Assembly (NCBI RefSeq): GCF_004010195.1
Contig: NC_057720.1
Coordinates: 14,199,947-14,263,946, forward strand
DNA length: 64,000 nt
Reading direction: 5' to 3'
From: Chiloscyllium plagiosum
Taxonomy: Eukaryota
This document shows, one piece after another, positions 23,884 to 37,952 of this stretch; the stretch's first letter is position 1; each line of letters opens with the position of its first letter. The notes beneath the pieces were generated by a model. It was not told the DNA's origin. It made no database searches and worked only from the letters and a program-made list of their open reading frames with translations. Both the position numbers and the translations under genes were made by a program.

Positions 23884-26800
23884 ATAGAGTCATGGAGATG
23901 TACAGGATGGAAATAGACCCTTCAATCCAACATGTCCATGCCAACCAGATGTCCCAACCCAATCTGGTTCCACTTGCCATCTCCCTCCAAACCCTTCCTA
24001 TTCATATACCCATCCAGATGCCTTTTAAGTGCTGCAATTGTCCCAGCCTCCACCACATCCTCTGGGCAAATCATTCCATACACGCACCACCCTCTGTGTG
24101 AAATGGTTGCTCCTTAGGTCTCTTTTCCTTCTCACCCTGAACCTATTCCTTCTAATTCTGGCCTCCCCCACCACAGGGAAAATACCTTGTCTATTTACCC
24201 TATCCATGCCCCTCATAATTGTATCAACCTTGATGAGGTCACCCCTCAGCCTCTGATGCTCCAGGGAAAACAGCCCCAGCCTGTTCAGCCTCTCCCTATA
24301 GCTCAAACCCTCTAACCCTGGCAAATTCCTTGTAAATCTTTTCTGAACCCTTTCAATTTTTACAACATCTTTCCAATAGGGAGGAGACCAGAATTGCACG
24401 CAATATTCCAACAGTGGCCTAACCAATGTCCTGTACAGCCGCAACATAACCTCCCAACTCCTGTACTCAATACTCTGACCAATAAAGCAAAGCATACCAA
24501 ACTCCTTCTTCACTATCCTATCTACTTGTGACTCTACTTGCATGGAGCTATGAACCTGCACTCCAAATTCCATCTAACACTCAGCCCATTGGTTCATCTG
24601 ATCAAGATCCTGTTGTAGTCTCAGGTAACCCTCTTCGCTGTCCGCTACACCTCTAATTTTGGTGTCACCTGCAAACTTACTAACTATACCTCCTATGTTC
24701 ACATCCAAATCATTTATATAAATGACAAAAAGCAGCAGACCCAGCACTGATCACTGTGGCACTCCACTGGTCACAGGACTCTAGGCTGAAAAGCAACCCT
24801 CCATCACCACCCTTTGTCTTCTACCTTCGAGCCAGTTCTGTATCCAAATGGTTAGCTTTCCTTGTATTCCATGAGATCTAACCTTGCTAACCAGTCTCCC
24901 ATGTAGAACCCTGTCAAACACCTTACTGAAGTTCATAGAGATCACGTCTACTCCTTTACCCTCATCACTCCTCTTTATTACTTCTTCAAAAAGCTCAATC
25001 AAGTTTGTGAGACATGATTTCCCACGCACAAAGCCATATTGACTAATCAGTCCTTGCCTTTCCAAATGCATGTACATCTTGTCCCTCAGGATTCCCTCCA
25101 ACAACTTGCCCACCACCAAAGTCAGGCTCACTGGTCTATAGTTCCCTGGCTTGTCCTTACCACCCTTCTTAAACAGTGGCACCACGTTAGCCAACCTCCA
25201 GTTTTCCGGCACCTTACCTGTGACTATCGATGTTACAAATATCTCAGCAAGAGGCCCAGCAATCACTTCCCTAGCTTCCCACAGAGTTCTAGGGTACACC
25301 TGATCAGGTCCTGGGGATTTATCCTCTTTTATGTGTTTCAAGACATTTAGCACCTCCTCCTCTGTAATACGGACATTTTTCAAGATGTCACCATGTATTC
25401 CCCCACATTCTATATCTTCCATATCCTTCTCCACAGTAAACACTGATGCAAAATACTCATTTAGTACCTCCCCCATCTCTTGTAGTTCTACACATAAATG
25501 CCTTGCTGATCTTTGAGGAGCCCTATTATCTCCCTAGTTACCCTTTTGTCTTTAATGCATACATAAAAACCCTTTGGATTCTCCTTCATCCTATTTGCCA
25601 AAGCTATCTCATGTCCTCTTTTTGCCCTCCTGATTTCCCTCTCAAGGATACTCCTACTGCCTTTATACTCTTCTAAGGATTCACTCGATCTCTTCTGCCT
25701 CTAGCTGACATATGTTTCCTTTTTCTTAACCAAAACCTCAATTTATCTCGTCATCCAGTTTTCCCTATACCTACCAGCCTTTCCTTTCACCCTAACAGGA
25801 ATGTGCTGTCTCTGGACTCTCTTTATCTCATTTTTGAAGACTTTCCATTTTCCAGCCATCCCTTTACCTGTGAAAATCTGCCCCCAATCAGCTTTTGAAA
25901 GTTCTTGCCTAATACCGTCAAAATTAGTCTTCCTCCAGTTTAGAGCTTCAACTTTTAAATACAGTCTATCCTTTTCCATCACTGTTTTAAAATTAATAGA
26001 ATTATGGTCGTTGGCCCCAAAGTGCTCTCCCACTGACACCTCTGTCACCTGCCCTTCCTTATTTCCCAAGAGCAGGTCAAGTTCTGCACATTCTCTAGGA
26101 GGTACATCCACATACTTAACAAATTCGTCTCCGTTTAAACCCTTAACACTATGGCAGTCCCAGTATATGTTTGGAAAGTTAACATCCCCGACCATAACCA
26201 CCCTATTATTCTTCCAGATAACTGAGATCTCCTTATTACTTTGTTTCTCAATTTCCCTCTGACTATTGGGGGGTCTATAATACATCCCAATAAGGTGATC
26301 ATCCCTTTCTTATTTATCAGTTTCACCCAAATAACTTGCCTGGATGTATTCCAAGGAATATCCTCCCCAAGAACAGCTGTAATGTTATCCCTTATCAAAA
26401 ATGTCACTCCCCCTTCTCTCTTGCCTCCCGTTCTGTCCTTCCTGTAGCATTTGTATCCTGGAACCTTAAGCTGCCAGTCCTGCCCATCCCTGAGCCACGT
26501 TTCTGGAATTGCTAAGGTATTCCAGTCCCATGTTCCTAACCATGTCCTGAGTTCATCTGCCTTCCCTGTTAGGTCTCTTGCATTGAAATAAATGCAGTTT
26601 AATTTATCAGTCTTACCTTGTTCTCTGCTTTGTCCCTGCCTGCCCTGACTGTTTGACTCACTCCTCTTCCCAAGTGTACCAGTCTCAGATTCATCTCTTT
26701 CCTCACTAATTCCCTGGGTTCCACACTCCATCCCCCACCCCCACCTTACTAGATTAAATCCTCCCAAGCAGCTCTAGCAAATCTCCCTGCCAGGATATTA

Positions 26801-26970
26801 GACTCCTTCCAATTCAGGTGTTATCTGTCCTTCTTGTACAGTTCAGCTCTATCCCAGAAGGGATTCCAATGATCCAAAAATGAGAACTCTTCTCCCCTGC
26901 ACCAGCTTCTCTGCTATGCATTCATCTGCTCTATTCTCTTATCACTAGCTCGTATCACCGGGAGTAATGA
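23884..26970 (-). mobile_element. CR1 LINE, ORF1 3' end (SGNH esterase-like) plus nearly complete disrupted ORF2 (APE endonuclease + RT)
   Basis: ORF1 end FLDHWNPFWDRAELYKKDR*HLNWK; APE NCIYFNAR..ETWL, YYRPPN, VGDVNFP, NDHN; RT KSPGPD, NYRPVSLT, GFVRGKSCLTNL, SGVPQ, KFAGDTK; C-terminus FWSP..RLRGDL. Contains stops, frameshifts and a deletion. Confidence 0.95.
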
Positions 26971-27434
26971 TTAATAAAAGGAGTTTTAAATTAACTCCTG
27001 AACACATAAGAGCTGGGTAATATGTAATTTTCTACAATGGAGGTCGCTTTTTCTTTCATTAACAGATAAGGGTGTCACTGGTTAGGCCAGTATTTATTGC
27101 TGATCCCCACCTGCCCAGAGGGCATTTAAGAGTCAACCACATTGCTGTGGGTCTGGAGACACATGTAGGTTAGAGCAGGGTAAGAATGGCTGTTTCCTTC
27201 CATAAAGGGCATTAGTGAGCCAAACAGGTTTGTTTTGAGCTTGAACCTTGAACAATTTAACTCTTCACTCTAAAGTTAGGTAGTTTAAACACCTAATGCT
27301 TCGCTGGACAATTTGGGAATATCGTATGGAATATTTTTAACGCAGAGGGGCTGGAGGCATCCAGATGCTGTCAGAGATGATTGAATAGCTATGTACAGAA
27401 TATGCTTATGGTTGCACAGGGGTCAGGTCCACAG

Positions 27435-28245
27435 ACCAATCAAGATCTGGACAGTATCCAGGCTTGGGCTGACAAATGGCAAGTAACATTTTCACCATAC
27501 AAATGTTAGGCAATAATCATCATCAATAAGAGACAATTTAACTATCATTCTTGATATTCAATGGTGGGACTATCACTGAATCCCCCACTATCAAAATCCT
27601 TAGGGTTATCATTGACCAGAAACTCACCTGGACTCACTACATAAGCACAATGGCTACAAGAGCAGATCAGAGGCGAGGAATTCTGTGGCAAGTAATGCAT
27701 CTTCAGAATCCACAAAAGCTGTGCACCATCCACAAGGCGTACGTCAGGAGTGTGATGGAATGTAATTCCCACTTCTCTGGATGAGTGTATCTCCAACAAC
27801 ACTCAAGAAGCTTGACACCATCAAGGTCAAAGCAGTCTACTTGATTGGCACCGCAAGCACAAGTATCCATTCCCTCCATTGCTAATGCTCAGTAGCAGCT
27901 GTGTGTACTATCTACAGGATGCACTGTAGAAATTCACCATAGGTCCTCAGACAGCACCTTTCAAACTCATCACCACTTCAACCGATATATGGGAACACCA
28001 TACAGAGCATCAGATACCACCACCTGCAAGTTCACCTGTGAATTACTCAGTATCCTATTTGGAAATGTATCATTGTTCCTTCACTGTCACGAGGTCAAAG
28101 TCCTGGAATTGCCTCCCTAAAGGCATTGTGGGTCAACTGACAGGAGTGGTTCAAGAAGGCAGCTCACCTCCACCTTCTCAAGGGCAACTAGGGATGGGCA
28201 ATATGTGCTGGCCAAGCCAACGATGCCCCATGTCTCATGAGCAGT
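27435..28245 (+). mobile_element. Second CR1-group LINE 3' portion
   Basis: QDLDSIQAWADKWQVTFSPYKC; ILRVIIDQKLTWTHYI; HKAYVRSVME; tail shared with the SINE at 7890-8235. Confidence 0.8.
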
Positions 28246-28249
28246 GATT

Positions 28250-28560
28250 GTTGTTGTTGATGCAAATGTAATGGCTAATTTGCAACAAAGTCCCACACAC
28301 AGAGTATGGTTTAAAGGTCTGATTTTGGTTTGAGAAGGAACGTGAAGGAGAACCCCTTCACTTTTATAAAGAGTGCCATGGAATAGTTTTACTTACAGTT
28401 GGAAAACAAGCAGGTCCATCCTTTCATCAAAACGACAGCATCGCCTGACAATGTAGCACTCTGTAAGTGCTACAGTGAAGGGTCAGACTTAATTATGTGC
28501 TCATATCCTGGAATATAGACAATCTTCTGACTCGAGTCTGTATGCTACCAACTATATCGA
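28250..28560 (-). mobile_element. Deu-domain SINE (SacSINE1-like), decayed
   Basis: Reverse complement resembles 57255-57630 (agtgccatggaat, catcaaaacgacagcatcgcctgacaatgtagcact). Confidence 0.55.
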
Positions 28561-28759
28561 GTTATTATCATTAGTTAAACTCTTGTACATTTGCTTTCAA
28601 GAAGAAGTTTGACATAATTCTTAGGGCTAAAGTGAACGAGGGGTATGAGGACAAAAAGAGAACAGGGTCCTGAGTTGGAAGTGATCAGCAATGATCGCAT
28701 GGAATAGTGGAGCAGGTTTGAAGGGCCAAATGGCCTCCAAATCGTCCTATTTTCTGATT

Positions 28760-29815
28760 CCGTTTGGAACCTCTTACATGGGAATCTTCAAGCCTCGCTT
28801 GAAACCTTAGCAGAAACATCCTGAAGAACTGGTCTCAGCCGCAACCTCAAGGAAACTTATATCCTTTACTGATTGGTTTCTGGTCAAGTTCCAGTCCATC
28901 CATCCATTAAGATCAATGAAGAATTCCTCTCAAATGTAGAACATTTCCCTTACCCAGGAAGCAACCTCTCACCTAAAGCTGACATCGAGGTGGAGGTCCA
29001 ACACTGCATCCAGTCTGTGAGTGCCACCTTTGGATACCTAAGGAATAGAATCTTCAACAACTTTGACATCCGTGCTGATAGCAAGGTCCTTGTGTATAAG
29101 AAGTAATCCTTCTGATCCTTCTATAGATGTTCAAAATTTGGACGATGTATAGAAGCCAACTCAAGACCTTTGAGAAGTACCATGAGCATTGTTTGCAATG
29201 GATTCTCCCCATCAGCTGGGAGGACTAACATCACTGTCTTTGAAGGGGCCAAAAACGCTAGTATCAAGGCGTGATCATTCAAAACCAACTCCACTGGCCT
29301 AGCCACGTGTGCAGGCTGCTGAATTCCAACTACCAAGCAAATCGTCTTCACCCAGCTCCAGGAAGGCACTCAAATGAGACATAGACAAAAAAAGTGTTTC
29401 AATTACTTCTCTCAAGGCTTCCCTCAAGGAATGGGTGGTATGGCGGCTCAGTGGTTAGCACTGCTGTCTCACAGCCCCAGGGACCTGGGTTCAATTCCCT
29501 CAGGCAACTGTGTGGAGTTTCTGCATTCTCCCTGTATCTGTGTGGGTTTCCTCCCACAGACCAAGGATGTGCAGGTTAGGGGAATTGGTCATGCTAAATT
29601 GTGCATAGTGTTCAGTTCACTAGTCAGGGGGAAATGGGTCTGGATGAGTTACTCTTTTGAGTGTCAGTGTGGACTTGTTGGACTGAACGCCCTGTTTTCA
29701 CACTGTAGGGAATTTAATCTAAATGCAATGCAAATATCAATGCATAGGAGATCCTTGTTCACAAGAAACTGATTTTGAAGAAGCTCCTGTTAGGCATCAT
29801 GACATCCTTTTAGTC
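28760..29815 (+). mobile_element. RTE-clade LINE 3' fragment, split by an HE1 SINE
   Basis: LSNVEHFPYPGSNLSPKADIEVEVQHCIQSVSATFGYLRNRIF..KVLVYK; LEKYHEHCL; IQNQLHW. These match the post-RT RTE domain. Confidence 0.8.
29433..29722 (+). mobile_element. HE1-type V-SINE
   Basis: tggcggctcagtggttagc (A box), gggttcaattcc (B box) and V-domain. Confidence 0.9.
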
Positions 29816-30484
29816 TCACCAGTAATTGGCAGGAAACCCATTTATAAAATGTTGCCAAATTATTATAGAGTAAGTGAAAAAAACCCACATTTCTGGGATT
29901 CCAGTCCAAAATTCCTTCACCTGCCTGACTTTCCCATCCAGGTTTTAGATTATGTAACATATATGTTAAGGAGCAGCCATGTTGGTAATTTCGATTTGGA
30001 TTTACTGAGTGCAACAGGGGTCTTGACAACGAGAACATTACATTTTTTTTATCTCGGAGACCTGAAACTAATGAATCTCAAACAGGCACTTACCTGGATA
30101 ATACTGGATCACTCACCCATTTAAGCCTCCAGTATGCCAAAGGTCCTGACCCCACCCTACTCGCACTGACCGGGAGCTGCCAACTAATCAGAGGCCAGCA
30201 TCTCCGGAGTACCTGTAGCACCACCAGAAGTGGTGGCCACTGCCAGTATTACACTCAGGTGGGCTCAGCGATGGATTCCAAGATGCCGGTGAGTCTGAGC
30301 AGGACGGGGTATTCACAGGGATGTGGGTTTCTGGGGAGAGGGTGATAAGGAAGGGTGGTAGTTTCTGGCTTGGTCCCTCACCCGCTTCGTCCAAATGCCA
30401 GATCACCCCCGACTTGGCAAAGGGTGTTCATGAATGAGAGATGTGTGTCCCCTCTCCACCAAACCTCATTGGGTTTGTCAGGAG

Positions 30485-30686
30485 GCTGCGTGGGTTTCCT
30501 CCGGGTGCTCCGGTTTCCTCCCACAATCCAAAAATGTGCAGGTTAGGTGAATTGGCCATGCTAAATTGCCCATAGTGTTAGGTGAAGAATGGGTCTGGGT
30601 GGGATGCTCTTCGGAGGGTCGATGTGGACTTGTTGGGCCGAAGGGCCAGTTCCCACGCTGTAAGTAACCTAAGTCTAAGTCTAAGT
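30485..30686 (+). mobile_element. HE1-type V-SINE, 5' truncated
   Basis: ctgcgtgggtttcctccgggtgctccggtttcctcccac core and (ctaagt)n tail. Confidence 0.9.
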
Positions 30687-32304
30687 ATCCTTAAATAAAA
30701 AGACCCTCCTCATCTGCTGCTGATTGTCTATCATCTAAGAAGGGTTAGGTGATCCTTTAATGGTCCCACGAGGTCCTTAATTGGTCTCTGGACTGTAAGG
30801 TAGTCGACAAGTCTTCGTGTCCTAGACTTACCACCATCTCGCTCAACTGGACCTCGCCCACTCAGGAACTCATCTGGCAGGGGAGGAGCATTCAATTTTA
30901 CTTCTAGATAAAAATTATATCCATCACATGCATCTAAACTATAGTTCAAAATAAAGCTGGTGGATCAATATTCAATGCCAATGCCATTGATGGATAATTT
31001 CTTACAACGCTTACACAACGATCCTTTGGCCACTATTTTTGTTGAAGTGATTTTGTTCTCTCTGAAAATAACAGGAATGCAACATAATTGTTTACGGACC
31101 AATACTGCTAGCGTTGATTTCTGAAATAACGTTGCAGCAAAATCATCTTCAATTCACAGCTAAATTCTTTCATACACAAATATTCTAAAAGGAAATAGAT
31201 CTTTGTTTAAGAATTTCTCTTCAACCTTGCATTTCTGAGTGGAAAGGGGAGTGGAATAGCTTAATAATTGCACTTTCTCTTGCAGAATAATTAGTAAAAT
31301 AGTTTCCACTCCATTCGATGTACACTTCCTGTGGGAGGTGCACTGTTACTGGAGGAAATAAGTATGTCTTCTATGATGGTAGAATGCCTGCATGCAAACT
31401 TCTCCAAACGAGAAAATTGAAATTAACATTCTGTCTAAAATAACAAAGGATTTTTATATTATCTTCTCCACATCAGTAAGATATAGCATACATTGATTAC
31501 AGACTTCATTCATTCTTTCTCCTTAGTTTCCCATCATTTTGCCGTTTCATGCACTAGCATAATTGCAATATTAAAAATTATTGCAGAATAATTGACTATC
31601 ACCGTAACAAAAAAACAATTGTCCATGACATTGAACCCTTCAATGTAATGGGTAGTTTTCAATTTCTTTTTCACTTCTTGCAAGAAAAATATAATTCCGT
31701 TGATTATACGAAGAAAAATAACCTTGTCATTCGTTAACTTCAATGAAATTAAATGAACCAACAGAATTGACAAACTATTGTGACAAGACTCCCTTCGCAG
31801 TATCTAGCTAGTGGAATAGACAATATAAAGGGTGAGGAATTACATTTGAGGAGAATAATCTTTCCTAATACAATGCTGCATAATTAACTTGTTAATTAGA
31901 AAATCTAAGATTACACATTCAAGCTGCCTTCACAGCCTTATCATTGTCAAAAGCCTGAGAGAACCATCCCTGACCTGGAGGTTTTCTGATCAAGATCAAT
32001 TGTCCATGTGATTGTCAAGATGGTCAGTGGAGAGCCAGGTGAATCTTCATGTTTGCAATTTTTATATTTGCACTTTCCCATGCATGAAGATTTTTGCAAA
32101 AGTTCCAAAAAAGAAGTTGCATTGAAATGGCACTTTTTGTGGCCACAAAATGGCCAACATTTACTTCTGTCCATAGCTACCCTGTAGAAAATGGTGGCAA
32201 ACTGCTGCAAACAATGAAGTGCAAGTACACCAGCAGTGTTTTTGCAAAGGGAGCTCCTGAATTTTGCCCAAGCAGTAGTGAAGAATAGCAAGACCACAAG
32301 ACTG

Positions 32305-32935
32305 AAGAGCAGAAGCAGGCCTTTCAGCCCATCAACTCTGCCCTGATATTCATCAAGATCATGGCTGAATAGTAATCCTCTACTCCATTTTCATGCCTTT
32401 TTCCCATAACCCTTGAATTAAAAATGTCCTTGAATATACTTAATGACTCAGCTTCGGCAGTTCTTCCTGCTAAGGAATTCCGTAGAATCAAAAACATCTG
32501 AGAGAAAAAGTTTCCCTCTGTCTTAAATAGAAGAGTCCTAGCACTGAAATTATGCCCTTTCATTCTTTATTCTTCCACAAGGGAAAACAACCTCTATACC
32601 TTACCCTGTCAAACCCTCAATGAATCTTATATGCTTCAAGAAGTCCCTTTTTCATTCTACTTACCTCCAATGAACATAAGCCAAACCTACTCAGTCTCTC
32701 CTCAGAATGAAGTGCTTCCACAGCCAGGATTAACCTAGTGAAACCTTTATGGACTATGTCCAAAGCTAGTAGGTTTAAATTTAGGGGGCCAGAATTATTT
32801 ATTGAATTTCAGCTATGGTTTGGCCAGTGTCTTATATAGTTTTAGCAATAGCTTCTTACTGTCATACCCCATTCCTTTTGAAATAAAGGACAACATTCTA
32901 TTTGCCTCCCTTATCACCTGCTGACCCCAGATGTA
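32305..32935 (-). mobile_element. Old CR1 LINE 3' fragment
   Basis: ORF 32324-32563 GHNF..FKTEGNFFSQ..RNSL and CR1 3' UTR. Confidence 0.75.
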
Positions 32936-34199
32936 AATTACATCAACTGGTTCCCCTTTTGAAGGCTATGCGGTTCTGAAACAGAATGTTGTTTGGCTTG
33001 GTGCAGATGTATCCCATTTTTCTGCTGCTCTTGAGCTTCTAGGTGGTGGTGGGCGCAGGGTTGGGAGATGTTGTGGAAAAGAGGGATTCATGTCAAGTCA
33101 TTCTTTCTAAGTAAAGCATGTGACAGCCAATTAGCTTAGGATATGATGTCACACACAACAGTGAGGAGATGACTAGACACTTTGCTTTTGTAAAGTTGGC
33201 TGAGCAATGGAGGCTGCTGGAGATAACCACTGGAGACACAGCAGCATAGCACTCCTTCAGTACTGTGTCAGTTAGATTCTGTGTTCAATTCTCTGGCATG
33301 GGATTGAGCGTAACTTTTTGATGCAGAGTTCAAAGTGCTACTGACTAACACACAACTATCTACCTTTTAAAATTTCTAGGTAATGTCCTGGATCTTATAT
33401 CAAGTGCAGTGCTTGCTCTAAAAATCATCTATAAAAGTACAAGCATGTCTCAATGAATTAAAATGCTCAAGGAAAAGTTCGAACGCTTTTGGCATGAATT
33501 TAGCTTGATATCTGCAAATATATTGTATACTTTATCACAGTTACAAAAGTTTAAGAAATTATTGATCAGAAGGTGTATAAAATTGTTTACATTTGGCCAT
33601 ATATTTGCATTTTGGAATGTTAATATGTTTTCTTATTTGTTGTCTATATAATGACAATGGTGACAGGGCAATGTTTAACCATAGTTACCAGAAGAAGAGG
33701 GCAATGATCTTGTCATATTGTTGTATTACTTCTGGTGCTGATATTCTCACGATCTTGTTAGGTACAGCATTGCAAGACACTGAGCCAGCAAAATGAGGAG
33801 CAGAACCTGGAAGTGATGATGTCCCAGTATTTGAGGAGAAATTGTAGGGGGTCAAGCAAGAAAGCTGCTGGGTCCTAGATAGTGTCAAGCTTTTGACTTG
33901 TTGTTGCGGTTGCTATGTACATTATATGGTGGTCATAGAAACATAGAAGATAGGAGCAGGACTAGGCTATTTCTATCATTCAATACGATCATCATTGATC
34001 ATTCAACTCAACACCCTTTTCCCAACTTTTCCCCAAACCCTTTGATCTCTTTAGCCTCAAGAGCTATATCTAATTTCCCCTGTTTACTCCGTAGAGCTAA
34101 GAACAATATCTAATTCCTTTTCACTCCTGACTTGGAGTCTTGAAGAAGATCAACAGGTTTTGTGAATTACTAAGTCAATCACTCATTATCGTTGTCACA

Positions 34200-34520
34200 C
34201 TTTTGTGGCCATAGTAATTCTGTCAGTGGCTCAGGTAAATGTTTGGTTGCTGGTGATTCTCAAGATATTGTTAAAGTGATACTCAGTTACGGCGGTCCCA
34301 TCAAATGTCAAGGTGACACAATTGAGTTTCTATTGACTGGAGATGGTCACTGACTAACAACTTGTGTGTCACAACCTTCCAACCAAGACTGGATGTTGTC
34401 TAACCCTGCGTCGGCTACTTTAATATTGGTGCAGTTATCATTGGAATTGGATTTGGAATTGGAATTGTCAGTAAACAACTTTATTGAGGATATAATGACA
34501 GAGGGAAGGATGCTAATGAA
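34200..34520 (-). mobile_element. Second CR1-group LINE RT fragment
   Basis: Minus ORF LPSVIISSIKLFTDN..LDNIQSW. Confidence 0.55.
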
Positions 34521-35419
34521 GCAGGTAATATTGGCTATGTCAGTGGTTTCAAAACTGTTTTGGTTGAAGGACCCATTTCCAAATGATTTAGTAAGCAGGA
34601 ACTCTACCACCTAAATGATAAATCTGTATGGTACAAGGAATAAGAAAGTGCTGCATGGAAAGAGTATGTTAATATTGCTTTTAAGAAAGCAGGTAATTAC
34701 TTAAAGTAGAAATTTGGGGACTATTTCACTGAAGTAGTCAGCAATAAGACAGACCAGACAAACATGAAATAAGGATAAGTGCAACTTCACGAACAGCCTA
34801 CAGAATGCCATTTGAATGGCTTTTAATGTGTCGAAAGATTACATGTTAATGGAATACATAACCAGTTTACAGGTCTTAATAAATACAAAGCTATTGGACA
34901 AATCAGTATTAAAAACAGTTTCACCATATTTGGATATTTAACAGGTTCGAAGCAGCTTGCCATTTTATTGTTTCAAAAAAAAATCTTCCCATAAATATAG
35001 CTGTTTCCTTTGTATTCAATTGCACATGACAATCTCTGCAATACTTTACAGGCCTATTCAAGCCCAGCCTAGTTTCTCAATGTTACAGGAATTGTTGTAG
35101 CAGGGTGAAATCGGACAAACCTGCATCTTTTCCAAGAATAAAGCTAACAAGAGATTAATATAAACAGGGAAGATGCTGGAAGTACTCAGCAGCATTATAA
35201 TTGCACTTATTCACTGCATGAGTCCAGATCAAATGCACTTGAATATCACAGCAGCCATTGGGCTCTTACTGAGAGTAAATGGGAGACTCACCATGGAAAA
35301 TCACTGTAGCCTAGGTGCCCATCGTCATGACAAAGGAGAGTATTTGAGAGTTTTTAGAGTGGTTACCTTTCTAGGGTCTCACACTAACTATTGTTAACTT
35401 ATACAGGGCAGTAACCTTC

Positions 35420-35700
35420 CAAAATCACAACCATGAACACCTACAAGGGCAGCAGTTACATGGGAGCACTATCAACCGCAATTCCCCTCCAAGACACTTA
35501 GCATCCTGACTGGAAAACATGACACCGTTCTTTCAGTGTCGCTGGGTCAAAACCCTGGAACTTCCTCCCTTATGGCATTGTGGATGTACCTACACCGAAT
35601 GGACTGCGGCATTTCAAGAAGGCAGCTCACCACCAATTTCTCAAGGGCAACCAGAGAGGGCAATAAATGCTGACCCACATCCTCTGAGTGAATAAATGAA
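35420..35700 (+). mobile_element. Second CR1-group LINE 3' end
   Basis: tcaagaaggcagctcaccacc..tctcaagggcaa..aataaatgctg, matching 28150-28245. Confidence 0.75.
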
Positions 35701-37097
35701 GCTTGTCTTTTTTAATCCTTCTTACCCCATTGAGGTTTTCACTCTCTTTGTCACCCACTAGAAAGATATACTGCAGACCCTCTGGAAAGCCTCCACACTT
35801 TCTCGATAGTGGACAAGTTAAAGGATACTTCCTTGAGGGATAATGATTGAGGACTGCATTGATTCGTGCCCACACACTCTGACGAATTGTGTGTACAATC
35901 TCAATGAAGGGTTTCCTGTTTGAGTGCTTGTCGATCTCAGTTTTGCTTCAAGTCTTTAGTACCACATACACATACTGTCTTGAAACTTAAGGCAGCTCAT
36001 CTCACCTCTCCTCGCTACACGACTGGTCCTGAGCACTCTGCCACAGAAGCGTATTGTACTTACAAAAATTAGAAAGATAATGACTCACAAGAAAAAAAGT
36101 AAGAAATGCCTTTCTCTGCTGCACACAGTGAACAGCTGGGAAAGGCTATTCTCTTCAACTCAAATCATTTATCCAGTAAATCAAACTGTCCCTCAAAAGA
36201 TACCAGAATTTTCACCTCCACAACTCTGCCCATTCCATTTCAGAAGATTGTTTTAAATTTGCCTTTTGTGGATCTACATTGTTGTCCTCGCCCAACAGTC
36301 ATTGTTACATTTAAAATTATGAGGCTGTTTTAAGATGATTTAAATGGTCAAGGAATCCCAGCATCCTTTCCCTTGTTTTCTTTAGCATCTATGAGGGATA
36401 GGGAAGCTTTAATTTTGACTTAATGCATAAACCACAGTTCACGTATAATTCATTCACAGGGTGTAGATGCTGCTGGCGAGACCAGTAATATTTATCCATC
36501 CCTAATTGCTCTTGAGAAGGTGGTGGTGGTGAGCTGCATTCTTGAACTGCACAGTGCTTTAAGGAGAAGCTAGAACAACAAAGGTCAGTCGGCTACTATG
36601 CTGTCTCATACTAAACCACGGGAAGGAAAGTGGGGTCCTATCTCAATCGGAACATCTCCCACCCCCACCCCCTCAACATAGCACCCTGTCATGTCCTCAA
36701 CCCTCAAGGAGAGTGCAAGCTCTTCCCCTCTTCCCTCAGCTCCTCAAGCCTTTCCCTGACCAAATCCCCAGGCTTGACTCCAAGTCCAGCATCTATGAAT
36801 CCTCTCTGTTGGCTGCCTGCAGTCCCAGTCACGGCCACTAGTGTTGCTGCTGGGACAACTCAGCTGCCATCCAATCAGAATGGCCCAGGAAACTCTCATG
36901 TTTGGGACTTCCTTTCCCAAGAAGCCCCACTCTCAGCTGGTTGGAGGCACCGCTCCTATATTATCGCTGCAGGGCCGGATTTCTCAAGGTGATCAGCTCA
37001 ATGCTAACATTTCTACTGCCTACTCCCCCAAAAATTCGCCCTATTCATTCTGATTTGCTTTCCAGAAGCTGCTGAGTGTTTCTAACATTTTCTTTTG

Positions 37098-37332
37098 ATT
37101 AGATTCCCCACAATATGGAAATAGGCCATTTGGCCCAACAAGTCCACACCGACCGTCTGAAGAGTAACCCACCCAGGCCCATTTCCCTCTGACTAATGTA
37201 TCTAACACTATGGGAAATTTAGCATGGCCAATTCACCTGACCTGCACATCTTTGGACTGTGGGAGGAAACTGGAGCACCCAGAGGAAACCCACGCAGACA
37301 CGGGGAGAATGTGCAAACTCCACACAGACAGT
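37098..37332 (-). mobile_element. HE1-type V-SINE, 5' truncated
   Basis: gaggaaacccacgcagacacggggagaatgtgcaaactccacacagacag. Confidence 0.9.
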
Positions 37333-37366
37333 TTTCTGTTTTTATATCAAATTTAATGGCAGCATT

Positions 37367-37660
37367 GGGGGTGGTTAGCTCAGTTGCAAAGGCAGGCAGT
37401 ATGCAGATCAGATTAGTGCCAACTGCACAAGGTTCAATTCCTGTTCTGACTGAGGTAAAATTGGACATTTCCTTCGTGTCCAGTCTGGTTCCAAAACCAT
37501 GGCACAGTAAGCCATGGTTTAGTGACACTCAGAACCTCAACAATGCTATTCTAGAAGATAAATACTGGCATTCATCAACTACACTTGTTATTACATAAAA
37601 AAACACTAGTACATAATTTAAAAATGGAGTTATTGTCATCATATTAATAACTCCCAGTTT
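37367..37660 (+). repeat. tRNA-headed repeat, copy 1
   Basis: ttagctcagttg (A box) and ggttcaattcc (B box). Colinear with 38612-38870 for about 270 bp. Confidence 0.65.
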
Positions 37661-37790
37661 TCTTCACAGAAGAAAATTCTAACAATTACCTTATACAGAG
37701 CAACAGTTCTTCAATAAAAGGATATTCATAAAGCTCTCACAATAAACTTGATACTATACCTACAAAAGTATCATTACCCTCTGTGAAGAG

Positions 37791-37952
37791 TTAAAAATCA
37801 CACAACACCAGGTTATAGTCCAACAGGTTTAATTGGAAGCACACTAGCTTTCGGAGCGACGCTCCAATTAAACCTGTTGTACTACAACCTGGTGTTGTGT
37901 GATTTTTAACTTTGTACACCCCAGTCCAACACTGGCATCTCTAAATCATGAT
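37791..37952. mobile_element. Palindromic PLE-derived element of a separate family, hammerhead partly deleted
   Basis: Inverted arms ttaaaaatcacacaacaccaggtt and aacctggtgttgtgtgatttttaa. The minus strand retains ggagc-gtc-gctcc-gaaa-gcta. TSD ctctgt(g/a)aagag at 37779-37790 and 37953-37964. Confidence 0.75.

Noticed and set aside
37367..37450. tRNA gene
   Set aside because: Has A/B boxes, but I could not form a cloverleaf; treated as a SINE-like head. The same applies to the HE1 heads.
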